Assembly: GCA_963662545.2 (NCBI GenBank)
Contig: CAXXLL010000002.1
Location: 1,760,001 to 1,824,000, forward strand
Reading direction: 5' to 3'
DNA: 64,000 bases
DNA from: Gammaproteobacteria bacterium
GTDB taxonomy: Bacteria; Pseudomonadota; Gammaproteobacteria; Ga0077536
Translations under genes and position numbers: made by a program
Shown here: positions 33,236-43,687 of the stretch, piece by piece
Numbering within the stretch: the stretch's first letter is position 1
Layout of the letters: each line of letters opens with the position of its first letter
Notes under the pieces: model-generated
Told to the model about the DNA's origin: nothing
The model's input: the letters and a program-made list of their open reading frames with translations, nothing else
Database searches by the model: none

Positions 33236-34288
33236 GTGGGAAGTACGAGCCGGATGAGTTGGCTGGAACGCATCAGTTCGATCGAGGAACTCGAAGACGC
33301 TCAATTTGACGCGGGCCTGGTCGCGCGTATGGAGGCGAATTCGAGTCTTACTGCTGGACGTCCGCTACGGTTTTCGACGCCGACCTTCAAAGCCTACGAA
33401 TCGAACGACTTGAAGGGGTGCTCGCGCATGAGCTTCCCGGCTTTTTCGGTCACCGGAGGCGCCTGCGCCCTCGACTGCGATCACTGTCAGGCAAAGATCC
33501 TGGAACCGATGATCCCGGCGATGAGTCCGGAGGAACTGGATCGTAAGGTACGTTCGCTCATCGTGTCGCAAGGCCTCCAAGGGTTTCTGCTTTCAGGCGG
33601 CTCCAATCGCCGGAACGAGATCAAATACGAGCGCTTCTTGCCTGTGCTCGAACGACTCAAACGCGATTTTCCGGAGCTGAGGATCGCGATGCATACCGCG
33701 CTGCTCGACGAGACCCGCGCGCAATTAATGGCGTCGGCGGGCGTGGATACCGCGATGCTCGATATCATCGGCCACGAGGACACTGTTCGCGAGGTCTATC
33801 ATCTCGATCGACCGGTCGATGATTTCGAAAGCTCGCTCGCGGCGCTCTGCGCGACGGACATGGAAGTCGTTCCGCACATCGTCATCGGCTTGCATTACGG
33901 ACGGGTTCTCGGCGAAGCGAACGCGCTCGACATCATCGCGCGCCACCGGGTTCATGCGCTGGTTCTGGTCGTGATCATGCCGTTCTATGCGAGGCCCGGC
34001 ACGTTTGTAACGCCTGCGCCGGCGGCAGTCGGCAAGATTTTTTTAGAGGCGCGCCAGCGTATCGGCGAGGGCGAAGTGCTCCTGGGTTGCGCGCGGCCGG
34101 CCGGCATGCACAAACGCGTCACCGACGCTTATGCCGTGATGGCCGGGCTCGACGGCATCGCCTTTCCCGCGGATGGTACGGTCGGCGTGGCGCACGCCAT
34201 AGGCCGGCGGTTCGAGCAAGAGCACGCGTGTTGTTCCCTGAAGCTTGGCCGTCGCAACAGCAGGCCCGCCGCCCACTGCGCCGCATGA
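33236..34288 (+). CDS. lipS1: Radical SAM lipoate synthase component LipS1
   Basis: CALDCDHC, LLSGGS, PHIVIGL, LGCARP, C-terminal CC; position in the sHdr cluster. Start may be ATG 33254. Confidence 0.82.
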   Translation: MGSTSRMSWLERISSIEELEDAQFDAGLVARMEANSSLTAGRPLRFSTPTFKAYESNDLKGCSRMSFPAFSVTGGACALDCDHCQAKILEPMIPAMSPEELDRKVRSLIVSQGLQGFLLSGGSNRRNEIKYERFLPVLERLKRDFPELRIAMHTALLDETRAQLMASAGVDTAMLDIIGHEDTVREVYHLDRPVDDFESSLAALCATDMEVVPHIVIGLHYGRVLGEANALDIIARHRVHALVLVVIMPFYARPGTFVTPAPAAVGKIFLEARQRIGEGEVLLGCARPAGMHKRVTDAYAVMAGLDGIAFPADGTVGVAHAIGRRFEQEHACCSLKLGRRNSRPAAHCAA

Positions 34289-35397
34289 TCGACCGGATCA
34301 AAACCGATGTGTTGGTCCTCGGGCTGGGGCCGGCGGGCGCGAGCGCAGCCGCGCGCGCGAGTGAACTCGAATTAGACGTCATCGCATTGGACCGCAAGTT
34401 CGCGCCAGGGGTGCCGGTGCAATGCGCGGAGCTGGTGCCGGCCCTGATCGGGCAGGCCGTCGACCTCGAATCTACGGCGCTGCGTCAGACCATCAGCCGC
34501 ATGGTGACTTATGTCGAAGACGACGATCCCGATACCCAGGACCGGTTTCCCGGACACATGCTCGATCGCGCTGCATTCGATCGCCTTCGCGTCGAGGCCG
34601 CGATCGCGGCAGGCGCGGATTGCCGCAACGGTGTCGCGGTGTCCCGCGTTGCACCCGACGGTGTAGTGACGACGCGACAGGGTGCGGTCATCCACGCCCG
34701 GGTCATCATCGGCGCAGACGGGCCGCGATCCAGGGCCGGACGGGCGATCGGGCAGGTCAACACCGAGCAGATTTATGCACGGCAGGCACGGGTGACTTTG
34801 AAACACCCACACGATGCGACGGATATCTTTTTGTCCGCGCGCATTCCCGGTGGATATGGGTGGTTGTTCCCCAGTGGGGACCTGGCCAATGTGGGCGTCG
34901 GCGTGGAAGCCGGCAGCCGGCACCGTTTAAAGGATCTGCTGCGGGCCCTGTGTTCGCGCCTCGCTGACGAAGGGCGCATCGTCGAACGAGTCATGGTCGA
35001 AACCGGCGGCGCCATCCCTGCAGGCGGTATGTTGGAACCCTACGGGTGGCTGGGCGAGCGCCTGGTGCTGCTGGCCGGCGATGCCGCCGGCCTTACCAAT
35101 CCCGTCACGGGCGCGGGCATCCACGCCGCTCTCGTCTCCGGCACACTGGCGGGCGAGTGCGCGGCGGCATGGATCACCGGTGCGCACGATGCGCCGGGCG
35201 AGTATGAGGACGAATTGCGTGACATCTTCGGCCGATCGCTAGCACGCGCACTAGCCAGACGCCGGGACATGCTGAAGTGCTTCAAGCGCGAAACCCCGCC
35301 GTCCCGACAGGTCCTGCGCAACGGGTGGATCGCTTACCCTGGCTACTGGCGGGATCACCAGGCACTGGCAACCGCCACCCCGGAGTCCCATCGATGA
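34285..35397 (+). CDS. lipT: FAD-dependent geranylgeranyl-reductase-like LipT
   Basis: GLGPAG, PVQCAE, IGADG, GYGWLFP, GDAAGLTNPVTGAGI; lies between lipS1 and lipS2. Confidence 0.8.
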   Translation: MIDRIKTDVLVLGLGPAGASAAARASELELDVIALDRKFAPGVPVQCAELVPALIGQAVDLESTALRQTISRMVTYVEDDDPDTQDRFPGHMLDRAAFDRLRVEAAIAAGADCRNGVAVSRVAPDGVVTTRQGAVIHARVIIGADGPRSRAGRAIGQVNTEQIYARQARVTLKHPHDATDIFLSARIPGGYGWLFPSGDLANVGVGVEAGSRHRLKDLLRALCSRLADEGRIVERVMVETGGAIPAGGMLEPYGWLGERLVLLAGDAAGLTNPVTGAGIHAALVSGTLAGECAAAWITGAHDAPGEYEDELRDIFGRSLARALARRRDMLKCFKRETPPSRQVLRNGWIAYPGYWRDHQALATATPESHR

Positions 35398-36692
35398 GCT
35401 GTTTCGATCGCGAAGCGATACAAGCGCGCTACGCGGAGCAGGGAGTCCCCCTTGCCGCCGCGCAAGTCGAGATGCGGCCGCGCGCGCCGACGCCGACGCC
35501 GCGCGCGCTCAAGAACGGCCGGCGAGTCAAATCCGCCAACCGTCCGCCCGCAGGCATTTATCTGCCGAACAACAACGTGCTGACGCCGCACATGCGCTCG
35601 CCCGACTACGTCCAGATGTCGACCGCCGCGGCTATCACGCTTGGGATCATGAAGGGCCACATGTACGGCTGTTCGTGTACGCGCTGCCTCAATCTCCTGT
35701 TGACCTATCCGGAAGGTTGCCGGGCGAACTGCGCCTATTGCGGTCTGGCCCGTCATCGCGAGGCCGAACGTGATTACGCAGACCGGAACTTCATCCGCGT
35801 CGACTGGCCGGCCGTGCCGATCGAGCGGGTCGTCGACATCGTGGCGAAAGATGGCGCCGCGAGCCCCTTTCATCGCATGTGCATCTCCATGATCACCCAC
35901 CCGAACTCCGACGCCGACACCGTGACAGTAATGCAGCGATGGGCCGAGCGCATCGATCCGGACGCGATCGCAGTTTCAATCCTGTCGAACCCGACGACGA
36001 TGCGCCGCGCGGACGTCGCCCGGCTGAAGGATCTGGGCGCCGATATTTTCACCGTCGCGATCGACGCCGCGACGCCCGAGATCTTCGAGCGGACGCGCGG
36101 CAAGGGCGTGCAGTCGCCGCATCGTTGGGCGAAATACTGGGAAATCTTGCTCGACGCGCGCGACATCTTCGGTTCCAACAAATTCGGCGCGCATATCATC
36201 ATTGGCATGGGCGAGACCGAACGCGACGCACTCGAGTTGGTCCAGCGGATCATCGACCTCGGCGGGCACAGTCATCTCTTCTGTTTTTTTCCGGAACGCG
36301 GAACCTTGATGGACCATTTGCCAGCCACGCCGCGAGATCAGTGGCGCCGCGTTCAGCTCGCGCGTTACCTGATCGATTATCGCGATATACGCGTCGAGCA
36401 CATGCGCTTCGACGGCGGCGGCCGCGTGATTGATTTCGGCCTCGCGCCGAACGAACTCGACCCGATCATCGACGCGGGCATCGCGTTTCGCACTTCGGGG
36501 TGTCCGGGTAAATTTGCCGATGACATTTCCGCCTGCGATCGACCTTACGGCGACTCGCCGCCCAGCAATATAGCGAGTTATCCGTTCGCGCCGGCCGCCG
36601 TCGACCTGAAAAAAATTCGTCACCAATTGCGCAAGCTCAAGCCCGGGCAGACCTACGTCGACGGCGAGGAATTCGCGCACCTCGACGACTGA
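35394..36692 (+). CDS. lipS2: Radical SAM lipoate synthase component LipS2
   Basis: GCRANCAYC, FIRVDWP, FRTSGCPG, CDRPYGD. Confidence 0.82.
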   Translation: MSCFDREAIQARYAEQGVPLAAAQVEMRPRAPTPTPRALKNGRRVKSANRPPAGIYLPNNNVLTPHMRSPDYVQMSTAAAITLGIMKGHMYGCSCTRCLNLLLTYPEGCRANCAYCGLARHREAERDYADRNFIRVDWPAVPIERVVDIVAKDGAASPFHRMCISMITHPNSDADTVTVMQRWAERIDPDAIAVSILSNPTTMRRADVARLKDLGADIFTVAIDAATPEIFERTRGKGVQSPHRWAKYWEILLDARDIFGSNKFGAHIIIGMGETERDALELVQRIIDLGGHSHLFCFFPERGTLMDHLPATPRDQWRRVQLARYLIDYRDIRVEHMRFDGGGRVIDFGLAPNELDPIIDAGIAFRTSGCPGKFADDISACDRPYGDSPPSNIASYPFAPAAVDLKKIRHQLRKLKPGQTYVDGEEFAHLDD

Positions 36693-36694
36693 GC

Positions 36695-37780
36695 ATGCGG
36701 TCTAAGACCTTCCGCGTCATCGACACCGGCGTTCGCAGCGGACGCTTCAATATTGCCATCGACCAGGCGCTTATCGAGGCACATAAAGACCGCCAGATCG
36801 GCGACACCATCCGCTTTCTTCGTTTTCTGCCGAGCGCCTTGATTGGCCGTCACCAAGTACTCTCGAGCGAAGTCGACTGCGACTTCTGCGCGCGCAGGGG
36901 TATCGAAGTCGGCCGGCGCATCACCGGCGGCGGCGCCATTTACTTAGACGAGAACCAGCTTGGTTGGGAACTCGTGCTCGACCGGTCCACGCTCGGCATC
37001 TCGTCGCTGGCCGCTCTCACGCGAGAAATCTGTGAGGCAGCGGCCGACGGCCTCGGTCGCCTTGGTGTTCAGGCAGCCTTTCGTCCGCGCAACGACATCG
37101 AGGTCGGCGGTCGCAAGCTGGGCGGTACCGGCGGGTTTTTCGACGGTTCGACGATCTTTTTTCAAGGGACTGTTCTGATCGACATCGATCCCAATGTCAT
37201 GTTCTCGGCACTAAAGGTGCCCTACGCCAAGCATGCCAAGCACGGCAAGGCCTCGCCCGCCGCACGCATCGTGAGCTTGCGCGAGCTACTCGGCGACGCA
37301 AGGCCTGGGGTCGAGGCGCTCAAAGAGGCCCTGGTCGAGGGATTCGTTGCACGACTCGGGATCGCGGCCCGAGTAGGCGAGTTGACCGACGACGAAATCG
37401 CGCTCTCGGAGCGCATCCACCGGGAGGAAGTGGGAACGGATGCCTTCGTGCGGGAGATCGACGATCCGCTCGCGGACGATGGCGTCGCGACTGCGTTGCG
37501 GGAAACCGCCGGAGGGACCGTGGTGGTTTTCGTGAAGTCGTCCGGCGGCAACGAACCGCGCATTCGGTCGGTCCTTTTCACCGGCGATTTTTTCGTCACA
37601 CCGCCGCGGGTCATGCTCGACCTTGAAGCACATTTGAAAGATAAGCGACTCCTCGACGTGGAGGCGACGGTGGATGCGTTTTTCTCGAACGCGCAAATCG
37701 ACACCATGTCGACGACGCCCGCCGAGTTCGCGGCTGTCATTCGGGCGGCGGCGAACACGCGTATTCCCGCAGGCGTTTGA
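36695..37780 (+). CDS. Lipoate:protein ligase sLpl(AB)
   Basis: RRITGGGAIY, RPRNDI, GRKLGGTG, C-terminal GDFFVTPPR accessory domain. Confidence 0.88.
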   Translation: MRSKTFRVIDTGVRSGRFNIAIDQALIEAHKDRQIGDTIRFLRFLPSALIGRHQVLSSEVDCDFCARRGIEVGRRITGGGAIYLDENQLGWELVLDRSTLGISSLAALTREICEAAADGLGRLGVQAAFRPRNDIEVGGRKLGGTGGFFDGSTIFFQGTVLIDIDPNVMFSALKVPYAKHAKHGKASPAARIVSLRELLGDARPGVEALKEALVEGFVARLGIAARVGELTDDEIALSERIHREEVGTDAFVREIDDPLADDGVATALRETAGGTVVVFVKSSGGNEPRIRSVLFTGDFFVTPPRVMLDLEAHLKDKRLLDVEATVDAFFSNAQIDTMSTTPAEFAAVIRAAANTRIPAGV

Positions 37781-37811
37781 TCCGTTCACGCGAACGCGGC
37801 CGCACAAAACC

Positions 37812-38555
37812 GTGGATTACTTTTCCAGTCTTGCCGTCGTTCAGCACACTTCGGCGGAGTACTTGGGGCTGATGGAAGATCATTTCGAGGCGCGCAAGAT
37901 CCGCTTTTCCTACTTTCGGCCATTCACGGAGCGGGGATCCGTTCCGCGATTGAATGCCGTCGGTGACGGACTGATCCTACTCGGCGGCGGGCCCTGGGGA
38001 TCCGCCGGGCCGCGCAACGTGCCGACCCTGATCAAGGAGGTCGAATTGACTCACGCCTGCCTGAGTGAAGGCCTGCCCGTCATCGGCATCGGTCTGGGGG
38101 CTCAGATCCTCGCGCTTGCAGCGGGAGGAAAGACCTTCGCTTCGCCACTGTCGTTCGCGGTGGGCGATGCTTCGCGCGTCGTCGACGATGCGCTGGACGG
38201 TTATCTGCCGGCGCGCTATCCGAATATCGTCTACATGCGCGACCGCTTCGAACCACCGCCCGATGCCCGCGTCCTCGCGGTTGACGCCGCCGGCGCGCCG
38301 GCCCTGTTCCAACTCGGTCTGACGGCGTTCGGCTTCAGCGGGCACCCGGGATTCAAAGTCGCGATGGCTGAAGACCTGATCATGGAATTCGAAGAGGGCG
38401 TCGAAGATCCCGGATCGATCTTAAGCGAGGCGCGCGCGGCTAAGCGCGAGATCGAGGATGCCCTGGTCCCGATCATGACGGGCCTCATACAGCAGACCGG
38501 ATTGATGGAACCCCGCGGGAACGTCCCCTCGGACACCCGAAATGACACAAATTAA
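37812..38555 (+). CDS. lipX: Glutamine amidotransferase-like LipX
   Basis: VVQHTSAEYLG, LLGGGPWG, GIGLGAQ (Gly at the usual GATase Cys position); follows slpl(AB). Confidence 0.75.
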   Translation: MDYFSSLAVVQHTSAEYLGLMEDHFEARKIRFSYFRPFTERGSVPRLNAVGDGLILLGGGPWGSAGPRNVPTLIKEVELTHACLSEGLPVIGIGLGAQILALAAGGKTFASPLSFAVGDASRVVDDALDGYLPARYPNIVYMRDRFEPPPDARVLAVDAAGAPALFQLGLTAFGFSGHPGFKVAMAEDLIMEFEEGVEDPGSILSEARAAKREIEDALVPIMTGLIQQTGLMEPRGNVPSDTRNDTN

Positions 38556-38609
38556 ACCCATCATAAGCCGCAGCGCATGGCCGCCGGCAAAAGGCGAAAG
38601 AAGAATCAA

Positions 38610-39080
38610 ATGATCCACGGTATCAATCACGTAGCGATTTCCACCGGCGATATCGAGGTCGCAGTCGCAGTCGCCTTCTACTGCGACCTGCTGGGGTTCG
38701 AAGAGGTGTTTAGCTTGAATTGGCAGATCGGCGACTAAGTGCTCGACAATATCACCGGGCTTAAAGATTCGTCAGCACGCATCGTCATGCTCAAATCGGG
38801 CAATGCTTGCGTGGAATTGTTCGAATACCAGACGCCGTCGCCGAAACCCGGGGAAGCCGGTCGCCCGGTGTGCGACCACGGTATTACGCATATTTGCCTG
38901 CAGGTAAGCGCGATTGACGAGGAATACGCTCGACTGAAGGCAGCTGGAATGGCTTTTCACTGCCCGCCGCAACAAGTCGGATCCGATATTCGGGCAACCT
39001 ACGGGCGGGATCCGGACGGCAACGTGGTCGAGTTGCTGGAGGTGCCACCGGACAGCGCATTATCAGTCATTGCGGCGTAG
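38610..39080 (+). pseudogene. VOC/glyoxalase family gene with in-frame TAA
   Basis: MIHGINHVAISTGDIE...FYCDLLGF...GD*(TAA 38736-38738)VLDNITG...GITHICLQV...YGRDPDGNVVELLE. Confidence 0.8.
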
Positions 39081-39220
39081 CCGCTCGTTGGACCCTGGTT
39101 TTCTTATTCTAATTGGATATATGTATATAACCTTGAATTATATAGACGATGTGACGATACTTGGCGTAGTCTCTTAAAGGTCTTAAAGCAACGGCGTTAC
39201 GCACAACAGGAGGCCGCTGG

Positions 39221-39598
39221 ATGGCCGACAAGCTCGTGGTTGTGATGGCAAACACCGATCCCCGTAATGGTGAGGAACTCGGCGCCCCGATCTTTCAGGC
39301 CAGCGTCGCTGCTGCCATGGATTACGAGGTCGAGGTTATATGTACCGCGACCTCGGGACGATTGATGAAAAAGGGTGTGGCGGAGACCCTGTATGTTAAG
39401 AAAGGCTCGACTAAATCGGTCTACGAGTTCATCAAGGATGCCCATGAAGCGGGCGTCAAGTTTTATTGCTGTTCGCCGAACCTCGATCTGTTCGATATGA
39501 CCGAAGCCGATCTGATCCCCGAATGCGACGGTATCGTCGGCGGCGCCCACCTCATCGAAGCCGTCATGGAAGACGACTGCAAGGTTCTGAGTTACTAG
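39221..39598 (+). CDS. dsrE: DsrE-family sulfurtransferase (DsrE3C-like)
   Basis: ELGAPIFQASVAAAM, ICTATS, AGVKFYCC, GIVGGA; directly upstream of shdrC1. Confidence 0.82.
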   Translation: MADKLVVVMANTDPRNGEELGAPIFQASVAAAMDYEVEVICTATSGRLMKKGVAETLYVKKGSTKSVYEFIKDAHEAGVKFYCCSPNLDLFDMTEADLIPECDGIVGGAHLIEAVMEDDCKVLSY

Positions 39599-39613
39599 GC
39601 GTATCCATTAGTC

Positions 39614-40369
39614 ATGTTGCAGACCACTCGAGTACAGGAATTCATCGGCGACCCGGTGTCGGATTCGCCTGAGGTCCCACAGGAAAAACTGGAGGAAATC
39701 TTCCACGATATCCAGTCCAGCCTGCGTTACGACCACGAATTGAAAGGTTGCCTCAACTGCGGGATCTGCACCGCAACCTGCCCGTCGGCGCATTATTACG
39801 ATTTCAGTCCGCGCGAGATCGTCCAGCTCCTGTGGACGGAGAATCTCGAAGGCATCTACGACGCCATGCAGGAGAAGATCTGGGCCTGCGCCCAGTGCTA
39901 TACCTGCGCCGCGCGTTGCCCGTTCAATAATTCGCCGGGCGGGCTGATCATGCTGATGCGCGAAACCGCGATCAAGCACGGCATGGAATCGGCCAAGAAC
40001 GTACTGCGGCCGTTCAGCCGGGTCATGTTGAAATTGATTTCCACCGGCAACCAGTTGTCGCCCGACATGATCACCCCCGATCATTTCGCCGACTGGGGGC
40101 CGAATATTTCCAAAGTGGAAGCGCCGCTCAAGCTGCTGCGCAAGGCTATCCCCCTGCCAACCCTGAACACGACAGCGACCTCTTGGGAAGTGAATCTCAA
40201 GACATCGATCGAGCTCTATATCATCTGGGAGATGACCGGGGTCCTCGACCAGCTCGAGGGCATCGACGAGAACTTGTTTGACGTGATCACCGACATCATG
40301 GACGAAAAGCGGGAAGACTGGGATGAATGGCAGGAGGAACGGCAAGATGAAGACGACGAGGACGATTGA
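39614..40369 (+). CDS. shdrC1: Sulfur-oxidising heterodisulfide reductase-like subunit C1
   Basis: CLNCGICTATCP and CAQCYTCAARCP 4Fe-4S motifs. Confidence 0.92.
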   Translation: MLQTTRVQEFIGDPVSDSPEVPQEKLEEIFHDIQSSLRYDHELKGCLNCGICTATCPSAHYYDFSPREIVQLLWTENLEGIYDAMQEKIWACAQCYTCAARCPFNNSPGGLIMLMRETAIKHGMESAKNVLRPFSRVMLKLISTGNQLSPDMITPDHFADWGPNISKVEAPLKLLRKAIPLPTLNTTATSWEVNLKTSIELYIIWEMTGVLDQLEGIDENLFDVITDIMDEKREDWDEWQEERQDEDDEDD

Positions 40370-40410
40370 GACTCCATCGTAGTTGCAACCAGGAAAGTGA
40401 GGAAGAAGCT

Positions 40411-41763
40411 ATGAAAGAACTTTCTGATACCGGACAACGCTTTACCGGGCACGGGTCTGAGTGGCGCGACGCCCAATTGAGCCAAGAGGACGCGCGCGTT
40501 GCAACCAGTTGGGTCGAGCAGCGAATCGACAAGCGCTCGATGGAAACCAACAAGGATCGCGTCGAAGACGTACGCGACATCATGTGGCAGCTCGAGAAAG
40601 ACGGTGAAATCGTGGTCCATCGGGTCACCGAACAACACGAGCCCGTCACCGTGAAAACCCTGTACGGCTGGGACAAGCGCATCCCGACGACACAGCACTG
40701 GCATCACAAGTCCTGCGGCCAGTGCGGCAACATTCCGGGTTATCCCGCCTCGCTGCTGTGGCTGATGAACAAGATGGAAATCCGCTATCTCGACGAGACC
40801 GATCAAACCTCGTGCACGGCGTGGAACTACCACGGCTCCGGGATCGGAAACCTCGAGAGCTTGGCGGCAGTGTTCCTGCGCAATTTTCACCAGGCCTACG
40901 TCTCGGCCAAGGCCGAAGGACTGCCGGAAGGTTACTACTACCCGCTGGTCCACTGCGGTACTTCTTTCGGGAATTACAAGGAAGTACGCCAATACCTGAT
41001 GCTTTCGGCCGAGCTACGGGAGCGCACCCATAAGATCATGGAAAAGCTGGGCCGCCTCATCGACGGTAAGCTGCTCATCCCGGAGGAAGTCGTACATTAC
41101 TCCGAATGGGCGCACGTCATGCGCGAGCGCATCGCCGACCACCAGGAGATCGATTGCTCCGCGGTGCGCGCGACGATTCATCCGGCCTGTCACGTCTACA
41201 AGATGGTGCCGGAGGACGCGATCTACGACGACGATATCCTCGAAGGAAACCGCCTCGCCGTCTCGACCGGACTGATGGAGTCCCTGGGCGCCCAGGTCAT
41301 CGATTATTCCACTTGGTACGACTGCTGCGGATTCGGCTTCCGGCACATCATTTCGGAACGCGAATTCACCCGCTCGTTCGCTATCGACCGCAAGATCAAA
41401 GTCGCCGTCGAAGAGGCGCGCGCCGACGTTATGATCGGGCATGACACGGGCTGTATCACCACCCTCGACAAGAACCAATGGATCGGCAAGGCCGCGGGCA
41501 AGGGCTACGACCTGCCGATATTGGCCGACGTCCAGTTCGCCGCACTAGTCTGCGGCGCGCATCCGTACAAGATCGTGCAATCGCACTGGCATTCGTCCTC
41601 GGTCGAGACCTTGATGGAGCAATTGGGCATCGACTGGCGCCAGAAGAAGGCCGAGTTCGAGCAGTACCTGGAAACCATCAAGGAGGGCCAACAGGACAAT
41701 CTCTACGATCCGCGCCGCATGATCACCTCCGGCCGGGGATTCATACCGCTGGAACGACGTTAG
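40411..41763 (+). CDS. shdrB1: sHdr subunit B1
   Basis: KSCGQCGNIPGYP, TSCTAWNYHGSG, CCGFGFRH, DTGC (CCG domains). Confidence 0.93.
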   Translation: MKELSDTGQRFTGHGSEWRDAQLSQEDARVATSWVEQRIDKRSMETNKDRVEDVRDIMWQLEKDGEIVVHRVTEQHEPVTVKTLYGWDKRIPTTQHWHHKSCGQCGNIPGYPASLLWLMNKMEIRYLDETDQTSCTAWNYHGSGIGNLESLAAVFLRNFHQAYVSAKAEGLPEGYYYPLVHCGTSFGNYKEVRQYLMLSAELRERTHKIMEKLGRLIDGKLLIPEEVVHYSEWAHVMRERIADHQEIDCSAVRATIHPACHVYKMVPEDAIYDDDILEGNRLAVSTGLMESLGAQVIDYSTWYDCCGFGFRHIISEREFTRSFAIDRKIKVAVEEARADVMIGHDTGCITTLDKNQWIGKAAGKGYDLPILADVQFAALVCGAHPYKIVQSHWHSSSVETLMEQLGIDWRQKKAEFEQYLETIKEGQQDNLYDPRRMITSGRGFIPLERR

Positions 41764-42800
41764 TGGCGAAGCCTGTCCTGATCGTCGGCGGCGGGCCCGC
41801 TGGACTGTCGGCTGCGCATGCCCTGGCGACCATCGGCCAGGCCAGCATACTCGTCGACAAGGCCGATCGCTTGGGCGGCGCACCCATCCTGTCGCGCTAC
41901 GCGAAACTGGTGCCGTCGGGAGAATGGGCGCGCGATGCCATCGGCGGCATGGTAGAGCGCGTCGCGGGAAATTCCAAGGTCGAAGTCAAGCTCAACACCA
42001 CCGTCGCGTCGTTTGCGGGCGAACCTGGTGACTTCAAGGTCGAGCTTTCCGATGGCGGTTCCTTCGATGCCGGCGCCGCGATCTTGTGCACCGGCTTTAC
42101 CCATTTCGATTCGATCAACAAACCCGAATTGGGCTTCGGCACCTACCCCGACGTCGTCACTACGACCCAGGTGGAGCAGATGATTTCGTCGGGTAACGGC
42201 GTTCGATGTCCGTCGGACGGCCGCAAGCCGGAACGCGTGGCAATCCTCCTGTGCGTCGGTTCGCGCGATCGCCAGATCGGGCGCGAATGGTGTTCAAAGA
42301 TTTGCTGCACCGTGTCGGCGAACCAGGCGATGGAGATCCGCGAGGAATTGCCACAGTGCCATGTCTACATCTACTACATGGACATCCGCACCTATGGCTT
42401 GTACGAAACCAAGTACTACTGGGCGAGCCAGGAAGAATTCAAGGTCAAATACATCAAGGCCCGCATTGCCGAAGTCACCTCGGATGGCAAGCGCCTCATC
42501 GTCAAGGGTGAGGACACCTTGGTTAAGCGGCCGATCACGATTCCCTTCGATATGGTCGTGCACGCGATCGGCATGGATCCGAATGTGGACAATAAGGTTC
42601 TCGCAGAAACGTTCGGTGTGGATCTCGAGCCCAACGGATTTATAGACCATCTGGATACCTATGGTCATTTCGGCGGAACTTCGCGTGCGGGTATCTACGT
42701 TGCGGGCGCCGCCATCGGGCCGGAAACCATCGACGACAGTATCACGCAAGCGCAGGCGGCAGCCGTGTCGAGCTTCGGCGCGATGCAGGTCGCGGTCTAA
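41763..42800 (+). CDS. shdrA: sHdr subunit A (FAD)
   Basis: GTG start overlapping the shdrB1 stop; IVGGGPAG, CVGSRD...WCSKICC, YYMDIR. Confidence 0.93.
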   Translation: MAKPVLIVGGGPAGLSAAHALATIGQASILVDKADRLGGAPILSRYAKLVPSGEWARDAIGGMVERVAGNSKVEVKLNTTVASFAGEPGDFKVELSDGGSFDAGAAILCTGFTHFDSINKPELGFGTYPDVVTTTQVEQMISSGNGVRCPSDGRKPERVAILLCVGSRDRQIGREWCSKICCTVSANQAMEIREELPQCHVYIYYMDIRTYGLYETKYYWASQEEFKVKYIKARIAEVTSDGKRLIVKGEDTLVKRPITIPFDMVVHAIGMDPNVDNKVLAETFGVDLEPNGFIDHLDTYGHFGGTSRAGIYVAGAAIGPETIDDSITQAQAAAVSSFGAMQVAV

Positions 42801-42817
42801 CTACGGACTCCTACGCC

Positions 42818-43684
42818 ATGGCCGGCATCTCCGACCTTTTGCCCTTCCGCGCAGCGACAGCCGTGGAGCCGGAACGGCCGGTGCTCGAATTGAGCGGCAC
42901 CAAGCTCAAGGTTGCCCTGGAAAACGTACTCACGAGCTGCGAAGAACACGGCGGCGTCGAGCGCTACATCGACGCGATCAAGCTCAAGTCGCAGATGTTT
43001 CAGAAAGCCTTGCTGGAAGGCGATTTAGCTGATCTGGATATCGATACGCTCGCGGGCCTGTGTACCTTCATGTCCACGGTGCGCCGCCGCATCGCGCCTT
43101 ATCTGAGCGCCGACGGTATCGAGCGACTACGCGGCGGGCTTGGGATCTTGCTGGCCGATCTCGGGGACACGACGACCACGGACGTTCGCCTCGCGGCATT
43201 CATGGCGAGGTTTGCAGAGAACCGCGAACACCGCTGGGTGCGGGACTTCGCCGCGGAGATCCTGCACAACGTATCGCCGGAGTGCTACCCCCTGATGAAT
43301 CGATGGGTGTGGAATGCGCATGCGAATACCGGAGCGCTCCGGGAGATCTGGTTCGGCGATGACGTCGACTACATCACCATCCCCGTCGACGACAAATTCG
43401 CGACCTTCCTGATGCTGCGCGAGGAACTCGCCGTGTTCCTGAGCGATAACGGCTTTTTCAAAGACATCCTGTTCTACGTGGACCTGCTGACCGCGCACAT
43501 CTACGCGGAGTACATCTGCGCGCAGGGGGGCACCTATTTGCGGGCGGACTTCACGTCGCCCGAGGATCCCATGCAGCACGCGCGGCGCATGCTCGGCTTG
43601 GACGGGGTCAAGGCCGGCTCCTCGAAGACGCGCTTGAAATCGATCGACGGCGAAGCCTTCGTCCTCGATGGTGCCGACGATTAG
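42818..43684 (+). CDS. shdrH: sHdrH conserved hypothetical protein
   Basis: Syntenic position between shdrA and shdrC2; 288 aa. Confidence 0.75.
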   Translation: MAGISDLLPFRAATAVEPERPVLELSGTKLKVALENVLTSCEEHGGVERYIDAIKLKSQMFQKALLEGDLADLDIDTLAGLCTFMSTVRRRIAPYLSADGIERLRGGLGILLADLGDTTTTDVRLAAFMARFAENREHRWVRDFAAEILHNVSPECYPLMNRWVWNAHANTGALREIWFGDDVDYITIPVDDKFATFLMLREELAVFLSDNGFFKDILFYVDLLTAHIYAEYICAQGGTYLRADFTSPEDPMQHARRMLGLDGVKAGSSKTRLKSIDGEAFVLDGADD

Positions 43685-43687
43685 CCC

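Noticed and set aside
38736-38738. Recoded stop in the VOC gene
   Set aside because: The codon is TAA, not TGA or TAG, and is not at a catalytic Cys position; treated as a nonsense mutation or sequencing error.
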